From NCBI GenBank assembly GCA_041690135.1, contig JAWLHY010000001.1, positions 1 through 64,000 of the forward strand: DNA of 64,000 bases, in the 5' to 3' direction. The notes beneath the pieces are model-generated. The model was not told the DNA's origin. It saw only the letters and a program-made list of their open reading frames with translations, and ran no database searches. Made by a program: the position numbers and the translations under genes. This DNA is from Armatimonadota bacterium. GTDB taxonomy: Bacteria; Armatimonadota; SYMT01. This document shows positions 37,703 through 48,021 of this stretch, one piece after another (position 1 is the stretch's first letter; each line of letters starts with the position of its first letter).

Positions 37703-38986
37703 TCAGCCGACCAACTCTGGGATCGGCGAGGCGTCGTGGATCAGCGGTATGGGACGGGCCTGCTGATCCATGAAGACCGCCTCCGGATCGATGCCCAGCG
37801 CGTGATAGAGGGTGGCCACTACCTCGCGGACGCGGTATGGCTTGTCCTTTGCCTCGTGCGCGTCCGGGGTGGTGGAACCGATGGCCTGGCCCATCTTCAG
37901 GCCGCCTCCCGCGATCAGCACCGACATCACGGCGGGCCAGTGGTCGCGCCCGGCGGTGCCGTTGACGCGCGGCGTGCGGCCGAACTCACCCCACACCACA
38001 ATCAGCGTATCCTGCTCCCGGCCCCGGTCCTTCAGGTCGTCCATCAGGGCCGTCAGGCTCTGGTCGAGCGGCGGCATGATATTCCGGAGCTGCTTGAAGT
38101 TATCGCTGTGCGTATCCCAACCGCCGACCTCGATGGCGACGCACTGCACCCCGGCCTCGATCAAGCGGCGCGCCCGCAGGAAATGCTCGTAGGGGTAGCG
38201 CTTGCGGGTCTTCTCATCTTCCCTGGAGATGTCGAGCGCCGTGTAGGTCGCGCTGGAGCTGACCAGCTCGAGTGCCCGCTGCGCGAAGACGCTCTGGGCC
38301 TCGACCGCACCACTCTCCACCGTCGCACGAAACCGGTTGACCTTGTCCAGCAGCTTACGCCGGCCGTTCAGGCGGTCCGTGCTCACCTGCAGGCGTAGAT
38401 CCTCGCGGCCCGGCCCCTCGTAGACATACGGCTCGGTCTGCGTGCCCAGGTGTGCCCCTCCCAGGCCGGTTTCGTAGTTGTAGCCCCGCAGGCTGACATA
38501 GGGAGGCACCAGGGACTCCGGTTTTCCCCGCAGCCGCGCCAGCACGGAGCCGATACACGGCTTGTCTCCCTGGGCGCGACGCTCCGTGAAGCCGTAACCG
38601 GTGCACATCAACGAGGAGGCATGCTCCTCCGGCAGCACCCGGTGGACGGAGCGCAGCACGGCCAGGCGGTCCATCCGCTGCGCTTGGAGGGGGAACAGCT
38701 CGCACATCTGTACCCCGGGCACGTTGGTGTCGATCGCCTTGAACTCGCCGCGGATCTCGACCGGCGCTTCCGGTTTGGGGTCGTAAGTATCCACGTGGGA
38801 GGGCCCTCCACCCAGGTGGATCATCACGATCGAAGTGGCCTTACCCCGTGCAGGCGCCGCTTCGGCGCGGAGCTGCAGCAGGTTCGGGAGGGAAAGACCG
38901 GCGATACCGAGTGTGCCGATCCGGAGCGCGTCGCGCCGGGTAACTCCACGGCACAACCGGTAGGACTGCCCTTGAAGGGTGATCAC
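37703..38986 (-). CDS. DUF1501 domain protein
   Basis: TRRDALRIG, GGPSHVDTYDPKP, ARRLIEAGV, GWDTH, GEFGRTP, GRDHW. Confidence 0.92.
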   Translation of the reverse strand: MITLQGQSYRLCRGVTRRDALRIGTLGIAGLSLPNLLQLRAEAAPARGKATSIVMIHLGGGPSHVDTYDPKPEAPVEIRGEFKAIDTNVPGVQMCELFPLQAQRMDRLAVLRSVHRVLPEEHASSLMCTGYGFTERRAQGDKPCIGSVLARLRGKPESLVPPYVSLRGYNYETGLGGAHLGTQTEPYVYEGPGREDLRLQVSTDRLNGRRKLLDKVNRFRATVESGAVEAQSVFAQRALELVSSSATYTALDISREDEKTRKRYPYEHFLRARRLIEAGVQCVAIEVGGWDTHSDNFKQLRNIMPPLDQSLTALMDDLKDRGREQDTLIVVWGEFGRTPRVNGTAGRDHWPAVMSVLIAGGGLKMGQAIGSTTPDAHEAKDKPYRVREVVATLYHALGIDPEAVFMDQQARPIPLIHDASPIPELVG

Positions 38987-39198
38987 GGATGTTGTCCCTC
39001 ATGCGGCGGCTCCCATCCGGCACCTGGCGGGACGCGTGGAACCGCCGCCCACGTACCGCCCTTGCTCCTGATTTCGGGCGCGCGACCACGCGCGGCCCGA
39101 TTTGCAAGGTGCGACACGTTGAGAGACGGGGGGTTACGGGATTCCGACCTCGGATTGCGGAGAAACTCGCAGGATAAGGAGCATCCTGCCGAACGGCT

Positions 39199-39585
39199 TC
39201 ACTCCACGGCCGCGCCGACCGACGCAGGCTGCTGGGCTCGGCAGGCCGCCACTTCCGCCTGCATCCATTCTTCTCCCCAACGGGCGAGACTTTCGATCAC
39301 CTCGTTCAGGGCTCGTCCTTTTTCCGTGAGCTCGTACTCCACCCACGGCGGGATGGTGTGCTTGATTTCCCGGACCACGATCCCCTCTTCCTCCAGGGCG
39401 CGGAGACGGCAGCAGAGGGTTCTAGAACTCACGTTCCCCAGAGCGCGGCTCAACTCGTTGAAACGCTTTCGACCTTCCATCAATTCCCGCAGGATGTGGA
39501 GCGTCCACTTCCCATTGAGCAAATCCATCGTAGCCGCCACGGGGCAGTAAATGCCGTTCTCCGCCTTGGACGTGTCACAGGACAT
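39199..39585 (-). CDS. HxlR family winged-helix regulator
   Basis: YCPVAATMDLLNGKWTLHIL, RFNEL, PPWVEYELTEKG. Confidence 0.92.
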   Translation of the reverse strand: MSCDTSKAENGIYCPVAATMDLLNGKWTLHILRELMEGRKRFNELSRALGNVSSRTLCCRLRALEEEGIVVREIKHTIPPWVEYELTEKGRALNEVIESLARWGEEWMQAEVAACRAQQPASVGAAVE

Positions 39586-39674
39586 ACTTCGAGCACCTCC
39601 ACCGGGTATTCTACCCCGTCTGCACGCACTCTGCCCATACACCAAAAAGGCAACTGGTTGCGCAACGCAGGCAC

Positions 39675-39704
39675 TTTACAAATGATACTGCTTTCCCCTA
39701 TAAT
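39675..39704 (+). promoter_or_regulatory. Sigma70-type promoter for the sigma-factor gene
   Basis: TTTACA-N18-TATAAT. Confidence 0.6.
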
Positions 39705-39795
39705 CTGACTGCCGGGGTGTCTTCCTGGCGGGCACGGTTTTCCGGGATCATCCCGGCCGACGCGCCCCAGGGTAGAGCCGGCAGCGGAGAACTAA

Positions 39796-40392
39796 ATGGC
39801 TGCGCCTTTGCGGAGTGAAGCAGAAGTCCATCGCCTGGTGAACGAGAACCGAAGACTCGTGGAATACATGGTCAACCGCTATCTGAAGCGGTACCACGTG
39901 GGTACGATGGAGCGTGACGACCTGGTGTCGTGGGGGATGATGGGCCTGATCAACGCGGCCCGCGCCTTCGACCCGAGCCGGAACGTTGCCTTCTCCACGC
40001 TGGCGTGTCGCGCCATCGAGCGGATGATCATCCGCGGCGTCAACCGCGAGTGGCATCCCGATCGGGAGCAGGTGACGGTGAGCCTCGACGAACTGATCCA
40101 CGGCGCCAACGGTGAGGGCGGAGACGACCGTTTCATCGACCAGTTGCCGGCGGACGAGAACGTTGAGAAGACGATGCTCCATACGGAGCAGGGGAGCGTC
40201 ATTGACGATGCTCTGAACACCCTCACGCCGGAACAGCGCGAGTTGATCGTCCGGCACTTTTTCGAGGGAGAGAGCGTGCAGGACATCGCGCGCAGCATGG
40301 GCATGAGCCGCCAGGGCGTCTATTCGCGCCAGAAGGCCATCTTCAAGCGGCTGCGGGAGACCCTGGACGACTCGCTGGCAATGGCTGCCTGA
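39796..40392 (+). CDS. Alternative sigma-70 family factor (FliA/SigB-like regions 2 and 4)
   Basis: DDLVSWGMMGLINAARAFDPSRNVAFSTLA; SLD; LTPEQRELI..DIARSMGMSRQGV. Confidence 0.9.
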   Translation: MAAPLRSEAEVHRLVNENRRLVEYMVNRYLKRYHVGTMERDDLVSWGMMGLINAARAFDPSRNVAFSTLACRAIERMIIRGVNREWHPDREQVTVSLDELIHGANGEGGDDRFIDQLPADENVEKTMLHTEQGSVIDDALNTLTPEQRELIVRHFFEGESVQDIARSMGMSRQGVYSRQKAIFKRLRETLDDSLAMAA

Positions 40393-40443
40393 GAACGAGA
40401 AGAACTCCGGAGCCGGCATTGAGGTCGGCCCCGGTTTTATAGA

Positions 40444-40478
40444 ACAACCCCGGGTGAGAAGCTCTCGCCCGGGGTTGT
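40444..40478. terminator. Terminator hairpin 1 between convergent genes
   Basis: acaaccccgggtgaga-agc-tctcgcccggggttgt. Confidence 0.75.
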
Positions 40479-40505
40479 ATGCATTGGCCGTTGCGGGTGA
40501 ACGCA

Positions 40506-40540
40506 AACAGCCCCCGGAGAGAAGTCCTCCGGGGGCTGTT
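40506..40540. terminator. Terminator hairpin 2 between convergent genes
   Basis: aacagcccccggag-agaagtc-ctccgggggctgtt. Confidence 0.75.
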
Positions 40541-40565
40541 CTTCGAGTCAGCTCTTGTGGACGGC

Positions 40566-41027
40566 TCAGTCTCGATACCGACGGCGAGACCAGTCGTCGT
40601 AGCGGTCGTAGTACCAGTAGCGATGGTCCCGATCGTACCGGTCGTACCGATCCCACCGGTCGCGGTTCCGGCGCAGGGCCCGGCGCAGGTCGGACCCCAC
40701 ATCGTTGAGATCGTCCTGGCGGCGCTCGAACTCCCGGCCATCCAGGTGGCGGTCATCCCGCAGGAAGTCGCGCACGTCGTCCAGCTTGCGGTAGAGACGA
40801 TTCGCTTCGCGGGGACCAATGTCCCGTTCCCGCTCCGCCAGGCGGATCCGGTCCGCGAGGTCGAACATTCGCATGCGCAAGAACTCCCGCCGGCGGATGT
40901 CGTCGCGATCGCGACCGCGATAATAGCGGAACTCCCGATATCGATCAGCCGCCTGTGCCGGCTGGACCGCAATCGTCCCTCCGACCCCCACCAGGGAAAG
41001 GGCGAGCCACAGGTGCTTCCATTTCAT
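40566..41027 (-). CDS. Secreted Arg/Asp/Tyr-rich hypothetical protein
   Basis: Signal peptide MKWKHLWLAL..AQA; RYD repeats; ggag RBS. Confidence 0.75.
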   Translation of the reverse strand: MKWKHLWLALSLVGVGGTIAVQPAQAADRYREFRYYRGRDRDDIRRREFLRMRMFDLADRIRLAERERDIGPREANRLYRKLDDVRDFLRDDRHLDGREFERRQDDLNDVGSDLRRALRRNRDRWDRYDRYDRDHRYWYYDRYDDWSRRRYRD

Positions 41028-41161
41028 TGCTGCTACTCCAGGTGCAAACAAACGGCATTTCCGGGTACTCTTGAACGGATCTTACCGGGCCGTTACTCAG
41101 AACGACCCACAAAACGTCTTGAGGTTCCCTGCAAACCGACCACCGAGGAACAGCCGCACCG

Positions 41162-41635
41162 ATGCACGATTTGGAACACTCGTCGCCCGTTCGCTCCGAA
41201 CAGGACCAGGAACAGCGACCGCTACCCCAATACCTTGATCTGAGCTTCATTCACCGCGTTTACCGCACGTCGGCCATCCTGGTGTTGGTCCTGGGTCTCC
41301 TCCTCTGGGAAAGTCTCGGCGGCCCGGCCGCGTTGGGGCTCCTGATCGGCGCGGCAGTGAGCCTGATGATGCTCGCCGCACTGGAGTGGGCGATCCGCCG
41401 CTTCATCTCGCCGGAAACGCGGTCGCCCGGAACGCTCCTGGCGGTTTCCGTACTGAAGCTGGTGGTGGCCGCCGGAATCCTGGTCGGTGCATTTCTGGCG
41501 GCCCAGCGAGGCTGGGTCTCCATCCTGTGGATCCTGGTCGGCTTTGCCATCCCGCACCTGGTCATCGTGTTGAAGCTGATCGGGCAGAAAGTTAATGAGG
41601 CGATCCGCTCCCCGGAATTATCGAGGAGGAACTGA
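41162..41635 (+). CDS. Four-TM membrane protein resembling ATP synthase protein I
   Basis: GLLIGAAVSL, LKL, GF pattern across four hydrophobic segments. Confidence 0.55.
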   Translation: MHDLEHSSPVRSEQDQEQRPLPQYLDLSFIHRVYRTSAILVLVLGLLLWESLGGPAALGLLIGAAVSLMMLAALEWAIRRFISPETRSPGTLLAVSVLKLVVAAGILVGAFLAAQRGWVSILWILVGFAIPHLVIVLKLIGQKVNEAIRSPELSRRN

Positions 41636-41739
41636 CGGTTTGATGAGCAACGTCTTAACCAACAGATAAGGTGCGGTAATCAATCGTGCTCATCCGGCAG
41701 TTTCCCAAGCGGTCGGCGCTTACCGGCAGTGGCGGCGGT

Positions 41740-43551
41740 ATGGTCAACCCAACGCGGGGCGAATCTCCCGGGCTCCTGCCTGCAGGACCGCCGTCGGCCG
41801 GCAAACTGCGCTCGCGGATTTTCAATCTCGGCGCGGCGCTCCTTACGCGCGTGCTGGGAACCGCCGATGGGCGCGCCGTGGGCGACATGGCGCTCCGCGA
41901 GCTGACTCTCACGCTTCGTTCGCGCGCCTGGCATCGCTTCCTGGGAATGTGGCTCCTGGCCGCCACCGCCATCCTCCTCTTGCCGCTGCTCTACCGCCTG
42001 GAGACCGGCCGCTGGTCGCAGCCAAGCGACGCCGAGTGGTTCGCCATCTGCGGCTACGGCCTGCAGTTCAGCGTCGCCTTCGCGATGGCCCAGTGGTGTA
42101 TCCGGCGCCTCCGGCGAGACCTGTACTCGGACCGCCTGGAAGAGTTGATGCTCACCCGCTGCTCGGCGGCCGATATCGCCATGGGCGAGGCTCTGGCCGC
42201 GGCGGTGGCTTCCTTGTGGATCGTGGCGGCAGCCCTGCCTTACTGTCTGTTCTTGAGCGCCATGGCCGGTAAGGGACTGGAAACGGCGCTGCGCCTGATG
42301 CTCTCGCTCGCGCCGGCCGGCAGCCTGGGGGTGTGGTTCGGGATGGGGTGGGGAATGGCCTTCACGCTCCGTAAGCCCGCCGCCATCTTTCCCATGACCG
42401 GCTGGTGGGTGATGGGTCCCTTCGTCCCGCTCTGGATCGCGTGGTCGTTCCTCTGCTTCCTCACCCTGTTGTGGGCGGGAATGGGTCTCTTTCCCGGCAG
42501 CCTGGTGATCATGGAGCGGTGCCTGGCACTGCTCCAGTGGGGCATGCAGCAGATCCTGCGGCACTGGAACCCCTTCCTCACCGTGCCGGCCTCTGCGGAC
42601 CTGTGGCAGAGCACCTGGATCACCGATTGGCTGGTCCTGATGGGCATCACCACCTTCATGATGCGGAAAAGCATGGATGCCATCCAGGTGGCCCTAGTCT
42701 CGCTTCCGGAGCGGGAAACGGTGCGCGGTCAGGTCGACTTCTGGGTCCACCACGACGTCCACCACTTTACCCAGTACGGGGAGGAGAAGCGCCGGGAAGT
42801 GCGCTACCGGGACGGAGGCAACCCGATCGCCGCTTTCGACGTGGCGCTGGGGCACCGCGTTTTCCTGCACCCCTTCCTCTGGGCGGTCGTCATCATGGCG
42901 TACCTGTTCCTGCTGGGGTGGAGCCTGCTGGTGCCAGAGTACGGGCTGGGAACCGGGATCGTGGCGGTTCTGCTCCCGGCCACCGGCGCCCTGCTCCTGA
43001 TGTCGGGCGGGGTGGCGGTCAGTTTCGGCTGGGAACGAGATCAGCACCGCTGGCCGGCCCTCGCCGTGCTGCCGGTAGAGGACTACCGGATTGCCCTCGG
43101 CAAGATCAAGGGAGTGGTGCGCCCAACCCTCTGGGTGGGGCTGATCGCCAGCGTGACGGCACTGGTCCTGGGATGGAGGGGCACCCTGCCGATGCAATCG
43201 GCGCTCTGGATGTCGCTCCACGTGCTCACCTTTCCCGTGGCGCTGGCGTTCGTCTCCGCCACCCTGGCGCTAACGACGCCCACGCTGGGGGAAGCACTTT
43301 ACCGATGGGCCTTCCTGGGAGCCCTACCCACCCTGGCCTCCGTGCTGCCCTATCCGATCGGTGGCGAGGCGGGGTTCGCGCTGCCGTTCACCCCGCCGCT
43401 GCTCGTGCTGCTGGTCGTTCTGGAAGGCCCCACCCCCGACCTGATCCGCTCCTGCTGGGTCAGTTTGATCCTGCAGATCCTCGGCTCCCTCACCGCGCTG
43501 GTCATCCTCTCCCGCGGTCTGCGACACTGGACCGTCGGGGAGAAGGATTAA
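41740..43551 (+). CDS. Polytopic membrane protein with two ABC-2 permease-like halves
   Basis: LEELMLT..S..DI.MG and ERDQHRWPALAVLP..IALGK motifs; start uncertain (41740 or 41887). Confidence 0.65.
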   Translation: MVNPTRGESPGLLPAGPPSAGKLRSRIFNLGAALLTRVLGTADGRAVGDMALRELTLTLRSRAWHRFLGMWLLAATAILLLPLLYRLETGRWSQPSDAEWFAICGYGLQFSVAFAMAQWCIRRLRRDLYSDRLEELMLTRCSAADIAMGEALAAAVASLWIVAAALPYCLFLSAMAGKGLETALRLMLSLAPAGSLGVWFGMGWGMAFTLRKPAAIFPMTGWWVMGPFVPLWIAWSFLCFLTLLWAGMGLFPGSLVIMERCLALLQWGMQQILRHWNPFLTVPASADLWQSTWITDWLVLMGITTFMMRKSMDAIQVALVSLPERETVRGQVDFWVHHDVHHFTQYGEEKRREVRYRDGGNPIAAFDVALGHRVFLHPFLWAVVIMAYLFLLGWSLLVPEYGLGTGIVAVLLPATGALLLMSGGVAVSFGWERDQHRWPALAVLPVEDYRIALGKIKGVVRPTLWVGLIASVTALVLGWRGTLPMQSALWMSLHVLTFPVALAFVSATLALTTPTLGEALYRWAFLGALPTLASVLPYPIGGEAGFALPFTPPLLVLLVVLEGPTPDLIRSCWVSLILQILGSLTALVILSRGLRHWTVGEKD

Positions 43552-43713
43552 CCAGAAGCCGGAACGTTACTCCAGTGGCCCCTCGCTCGGCGACTGGAAG
43601 TCGCAGACAGAAGCAGGACGAAGTCCCCACCCGAAAGGTGCCCCGCGCCAACTCGCCGGTCAGGAATTACCGAAGCGCGTTGGCCGTCTGCTGTCGGAAC
43701 TACGGCGGTAACG

Positions 43714-44577
43714 CTAATCCAGCGGCTCGACGATCAACTGTTCGGATACCCGCTTACGCTGCTGTTCCTGTAGTCGCTCTTCCCGCGTTTTGAACTTCCG
43801 CCACTCCCGCAGAAAAGCTTCTTCGCGAGAGTCAGTAGACCCGACCCAACCTGCGGTGGTTGTGGCTCCCCGCACGACGCGCTCTTCACGCGTGCTGCTC
43901 GCCCGCGTTTCGTTCCTCGCCACGGTCGCCGGGGCGGACTTCCTCACCACCCGCCGCTTCCGGGACGGTTCCACAAACCGGCTGGGCGCACGCCGTACAC
44001 TGTTGGCCTGGGCCAGCCGCACCTTTCGCGTCCGCGTGCTCTTTCTCGGCTGCGTGTCGCGAGACCGCTCGCCGGAAGACCGCTGCACCACCTTCGGCTT
44101 TCGCGGGACGACGCGTTGGGTCGCCTTGCCGGAAGTGCCGGGCGCCGCTTCGGCCGTGGAAGCCTTCCGATTCGCCGCCGCTCCGGACTCCGCAATTCCC
44201 TCAGGCACCACGGGCTTGATCTCGCGGATCGTGACCGGTTCCGCCGTTCCGGGGCTCGCAGGCGCTTCCACCGTCCCACGCGGTTCTGTCGGAAGGGAGG
44301 GCGTCGCAGAGGGTGGCGGTGTCGGCACCGACGACAGGCGCGGATAGAGGGTCCGGGTCACCGAAAGGCGGCTGCTGTCCGGCAGGCTCGGCAGCTTCAC
44401 CTGCGGGATCAATGCTGCCGCCGCGACGACCGTGACCAGACCCGCCGCCGCCAGGGCAAGAGCATGCTGCTCGGCACCCGGACGACCCCGCCGAGAAGGC
44501 GATCTTTCGTCCGGGGCCTCGCGCCAGTCGCGCCGGAGCCCGGTCCCGCGTCGCCGCGCAAAGTTTCCCTGTGCCAT
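43714..44577 (-). CDS. Hypothetical single-TM protein with Pro/Arg-rich disordered region
   Basis: ggaggg RBS; one hydrophobic segment; low complexity. Confidence 0.6.
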   Translation of the reverse strand: MAQGNFARRRGTGLRRDWREAPDERSPSRRGRPGAEQHALALAAAGLVTVVAAAALIPQVKLPSLPDSSRLSVTRTLYPRLSSVPTPPPSATPSLPTEPRGTVEAPASPGTAEPVTIREIKPVVPEGIAESGAAANRKASTAEAAPGTSGKATQRVVPRKPKVVQRSSGERSRDTQPRKSTRTRKVRLAQANSVRRAPSRFVEPSRKRRVVRKSAPATVARNETRASSTREERVVRGATTTAGWVGSTDSREEAFLREWRKFKTREERLQEQQRKRVSEQLIVEPLD

Positions 44578-44767
44578 GGTCCCGTCGCCCTCCCTGTACA
44601 GCTCTATGCCGGGGGCGCAAAGGCCCCTCTCCAGCCCTCAGCATTACCCCAACGGGGCCGATAGCAAACAAACATGTCAGAGATACGACCATTTTCGCCG
44701 CAAGGGTTGCAAGACGCGCTGAATCTACCCCCCGTCCACGAAAGATTGGGAGTATCATAGGGGCACC

Positions 44768-45652
44768 ATGATCGATCTCCACGCGCATACCACCGCCTCC
44801 GACGGCACCTGCACACCGGCCGAACTGGTCCGGCTCGCCCACGCGCGCGGGCTCCGCGCCCTGGGAGTTACTGACCACGACACGGTTGCGGGCCTGGAGG
44901 AGGCCACCGCCACGGCGGCGGAGTTGGGACTGGAGCTGGTGCCCGGCATCGAGATCAGCGTCGATTATCCGCACGGCGAGTTTCACCTGTTGGGCTACTT
45001 CCTCGACTTCCGCCACCCGGAGTTCCTCGCGCGGGTCAACTACCTCCAGGAAAACCGCTTCAACCGGAACGGCGTGATGCTCCGCCGGATGCAGGAGCAA
45101 GGGTTCGACGTCACGCTGGCCGACGTGGAAGCGGAGGCGGGCGGGGGCCAGATCGGGCGGCCGCACTTCGCGCGGGCGCTCGTGAAGAAGGGGTATGCCG
45201 CGAGCGTGCAGGACGCCTTCGAGCGCTACGTCGGCGAAGGCAAGCCGCTCCACGTAGCCAAGGTGAAGCTCGGTCCCGAGGAGGCAATCCGCCTCGTCCA
45301 CCTGGCCGGGGGTGCGGCCGTGCTCGCGCATCCGAAGTACCTGGCATTCAACACCCCGGACCGGCTGGTCGAAGAGCTGGCGCACTTGCGGTCCCTGGGA
45401 CTGGACGGATTGGAGTGCTACTACAGCCAGCACACCGAAGAGGAAACGGCCACCTACCTGCGCATTGCCGCGGACCTGGGCTTCGTCGTCTCCGCCGGAA
45501 GCGACTTCCACGGCACCACCAAGGCAGACGTGCCGCTGGGCGTGGTGTACCGGGGCCGGGGTGGGGAAGACGCCCTCCTGGAACCCCTCCGAGACGCCGC
45601 ACGCTCGCGGGGGAATACTTCCACTTCCGTCTCACCCATGACAGGTCCGTGA
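44768..45652 (+). CDS. PHP domain phosphoesterase (TrpH/YciV-like)
   Basis: IDLHAHTTASDG, TDHDT, GIEIS, HLLGY, GRPH, AHP, GSDFHG. Confidence 0.93.
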   Translation: MIDLHAHTTASDGTCTPAELVRLAHARGLRALGVTDHDTVAGLEEATATAAELGLELVPGIEISVDYPHGEFHLLGYFLDFRHPEFLARVNYLQENRFNRNGVMLRRMQEQGFDVTLADVEAEAGGGQIGRPHFARALVKKGYAASVQDAFERYVGEGKPLHVAKVKLGPEEAIRLVHLAGGAAVLAHPKYLAFNTPDRLVEELAHLRSLGLDGLECYYSQHTEEETATYLRIAADLGFVVSAGSDFHGTTKADVPLGVVYRGRGGEDALLEPLRDAARSRGNTSTSVSPMTGP

Positions 45653-45912
45653 CAGCCACCTGCTTCCTCGGCCTGAGTGCTCCTCTTGAAGCGCTAGCCG
45701 GTCACTGCCACGAACCGGCCGGTCTACTTCCTCGAAAGCCACTGACCCATCGAAAGGCGGGGGCAGGCGGCCCCATGACCGGGAGCTCAGTTTGGTGGCG
45801 AAGCAGGCTCCCGTTCGGCTAAACTTTCACCGAAAGCTGGGTTACCCCGGCACCTTCCGCCTTCACCCGGCGAGCCTTTCGATCTCGCCACTCCCGGAGC
45901 CGAGCACCACCG

Positions 45913-47967
45913 ATGCCATCGCCCGACCCACTCAAGCCGCCTGTTGCTCGCCGCCTGGATCACGTCCACACGATCCACGGCGATCTCCGCGAGGACCCTT
46001 ACTTCTGGCTCCGGGAGAAGGCAAACCCCGACGTGACCGCTTACCTCCAGGCGGAGAACGCGTACGCCGATGCCGTGATGGCGCCGACTGCGGAGCTGCA
46101 GGAGACCCTGTACCAGGAGATGCTCGGCCGGATCCAGGAGACGGACGTTTCCGCCCCCTATCCGGAGAACGGCTACTTCTACTATGAACGCACCGAGGCG
46201 GGGAAACAGTACCGCATCCAGTGCCGGAAGCAGGGAAGCCTCGACGCTCCGGAGCAGGCCTACCTCGATCTAAACGTGCTCGCGGAGGGACACCCGTTCC
46301 TGGCGGTCCACGTCTCCACCGTCACCGACGACGGCCACCTCCTGGCCTACTCCGTGGATACCTCCGGGTTCCGCGAGTACGAGCTGTTCATCCGGAACCT
46401 GCGCACGGGCGAGACCCTGCCGGACCGGCTGGGCAAAGTAGCCGGCGCAGTGTGGGCGAACGACGGCCGCACCCTTTTCTACCTGACCGAGGACGACGCC
46501 AAGCGGTCCTACCGGCTGTACCGCCATGTGCTCGGCACCTCCAAAGAGGACGACGAGCTGATTTACGAGGAGACGGACGCCCTTTTCAGGCTGTCCCTGT
46601 GGCGCTCGGAGAGCCGGGCCTACCTCTTCCTGACTTCTTCCAGCTTCACTTCGTCCGAGGTGCGGTACGTGCCCGCCGACCGCCCCGCGGAGCCGTTCCG
46701 CCTCCTGCTGCCGCGCGAGCCGGACCACGAGTACTATCTCTCCCACCATGGGGACCGGTTCTACATCCGGACCAACGATCGGGGAAGAAACTTCCGGCTG
46801 GTCTCCGCACCCGTCGCCGACCCCGGCAAGCAGAATTGGGAAGAAGTCCTGCCGCACCGGCCCGAGGTGATGCTCTCCTGGGTGATTTTCTTCCAGGACC
46901 ACTGGGTGGCGCTGGAGCGGGAGGATGGCCTGCAGCAGTTCCGCGTCGCCGACCTGCGCACCGGGGACCAGCACCGCGTCGAGTTTCCCGAGCCGATCTA
47001 CTCCGCCTTTGCGGACCACAACGCCGAGTTCGACACCCGGGTGTTCCGTTTCAGCTACCAGTCACTCGTCACGCCGGCCTCCGTTTTCGAGTACGACATG
47101 GAGACCCGCCAGCGGACCCTGGTGAAGCAGACGGAGGTCCGGGGCGGCTACGATGCCTCGCTCTATGCCTCGGAGCGCGTCTTCACCACCGCCTCGGACG
47201 GCACCCGGGTGCCGATTTCCCTGGTTTACCGCAAGGACCTCCGCCGCGACGGCCAGCGTCCGCTCTTCCTGTACGGCTACGGCTCCTACGGCTTCTCGCT
47301 GCCGATCCTCTTCCAGTCCGAGCGCCTCTCCCTGCTCGACCGCGGCGTGATCTACGCCATGGCCCACATCCGGGGTGGGGGAGAAATGGGCAAGCCCTGG
47401 CACGACCACGGGAAGATGCTGGAGAAGCGGAACACCTTCACCGACTTCATCGCCTGCGCCGAACACCTGGTCCGCGAGGGCTACACTTCGCCGGACCGGC
47501 TCGCGATCAGCGGCGGCAGCGCCGGCGGGCTGCTGATGGGCGCGGTGGTCAACATGCGCCCGGACCTCTTCCGGGCCGTGCTCTCCTACGTGCCGTTCGT
47601 GGACGTCCTCAACACCATGCTCGACGCCTCGCTCCCGCTGACGGTAGGGGAGTACCTGGAGTGGGGCAATCCCAACGTCCCGGCGGAGTACGCGTACATG
47701 AAAAGCTACTGCCCCTACACCAACCTGGAGGGGAAAGCTTACCCCGCAATGCTCGTGCGCACCTCCCTGAACGATAGCCAAGTGATGTACTGGGAGCCCG
47801 CCAAGTACGTCGCCCGGCTCCGCACCCTGAAAACGGACGACGCGCCCCTGCTGTTGAAGACGAACATGGGGGCCGGCCACGGGGGCGCCTCCGGCCGCTA
47901 CGACGCCCTCCGAGACCGCGCCTACGACTACGCCTTTCTGCTCCGAGAACTCGGGGCCGACGTCTAG
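45913..47967 (+). CDS. ptrB: Oligopeptidase B (S9A)
   Basis: HGD.REDPYFWLR, YGYGSYG, HIRGGGE, GGSAGG, NDSQV.YWEPAK, GHGGASGR. Confidence 0.93.
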   Translation: MPSPDPLKPPVARRLDHVHTIHGDLREDPYFWLREKANPDVTAYLQAENAYADAVMAPTAELQETLYQEMLGRIQETDVSAPYPENGYFYYERTEAGKQYRIQCRKQGSLDAPEQAYLDLNVLAEGHPFLAVHVSTVTDDGHLLAYSVDTSGFREYELFIRNLRTGETLPDRLGKVAGAVWANDGRTLFYLTEDDAKRSYRLYRHVLGTSKEDDELIYEETDALFRLSLWRSESRAYLFLTSSSFTSSEVRYVPADRPAEPFRLLLPREPDHEYYLSHHGDRFYIRTNDRGRNFRLVSAPVADPGKQNWEEVLPHRPEVMLSWVIFFQDHWVALEREDGLQQFRVADLRTGDQHRVEFPEPIYSAFADHNAEFDTRVFRFSYQSLVTPASVFEYDMETRQRTLVKQTEVRGGYDASLYASERVFTTASDGTRVPISLVYRKDLRRDGQRPLFLYGYGSYGFSLPILFQSERLSLLDRGVIYAMAHIRGGGEMGKPWHDHGKMLEKRNTFTDFIACAEHLVREGYTSPDRLAISGGSAGGLLMGAVVNMRPDLFRAVLSYVPFVDVLNTMLDASLPLTVGEYLEWGNPNVPAEYAYMKSYCPYTNLEGKAYPAMLVRTSLNDSQVMYWEPAKYVARLRTLKTDDAPLLLKTNMGAGHGGASGRYDALRDRAYDYAFLLRELGADV

Positions 47968-48021
47968 TAGGTCACTTGCCACCCAGGTTCTGATGGTCCG
48001 CGCCCGCTCTAGCGCACAGTT

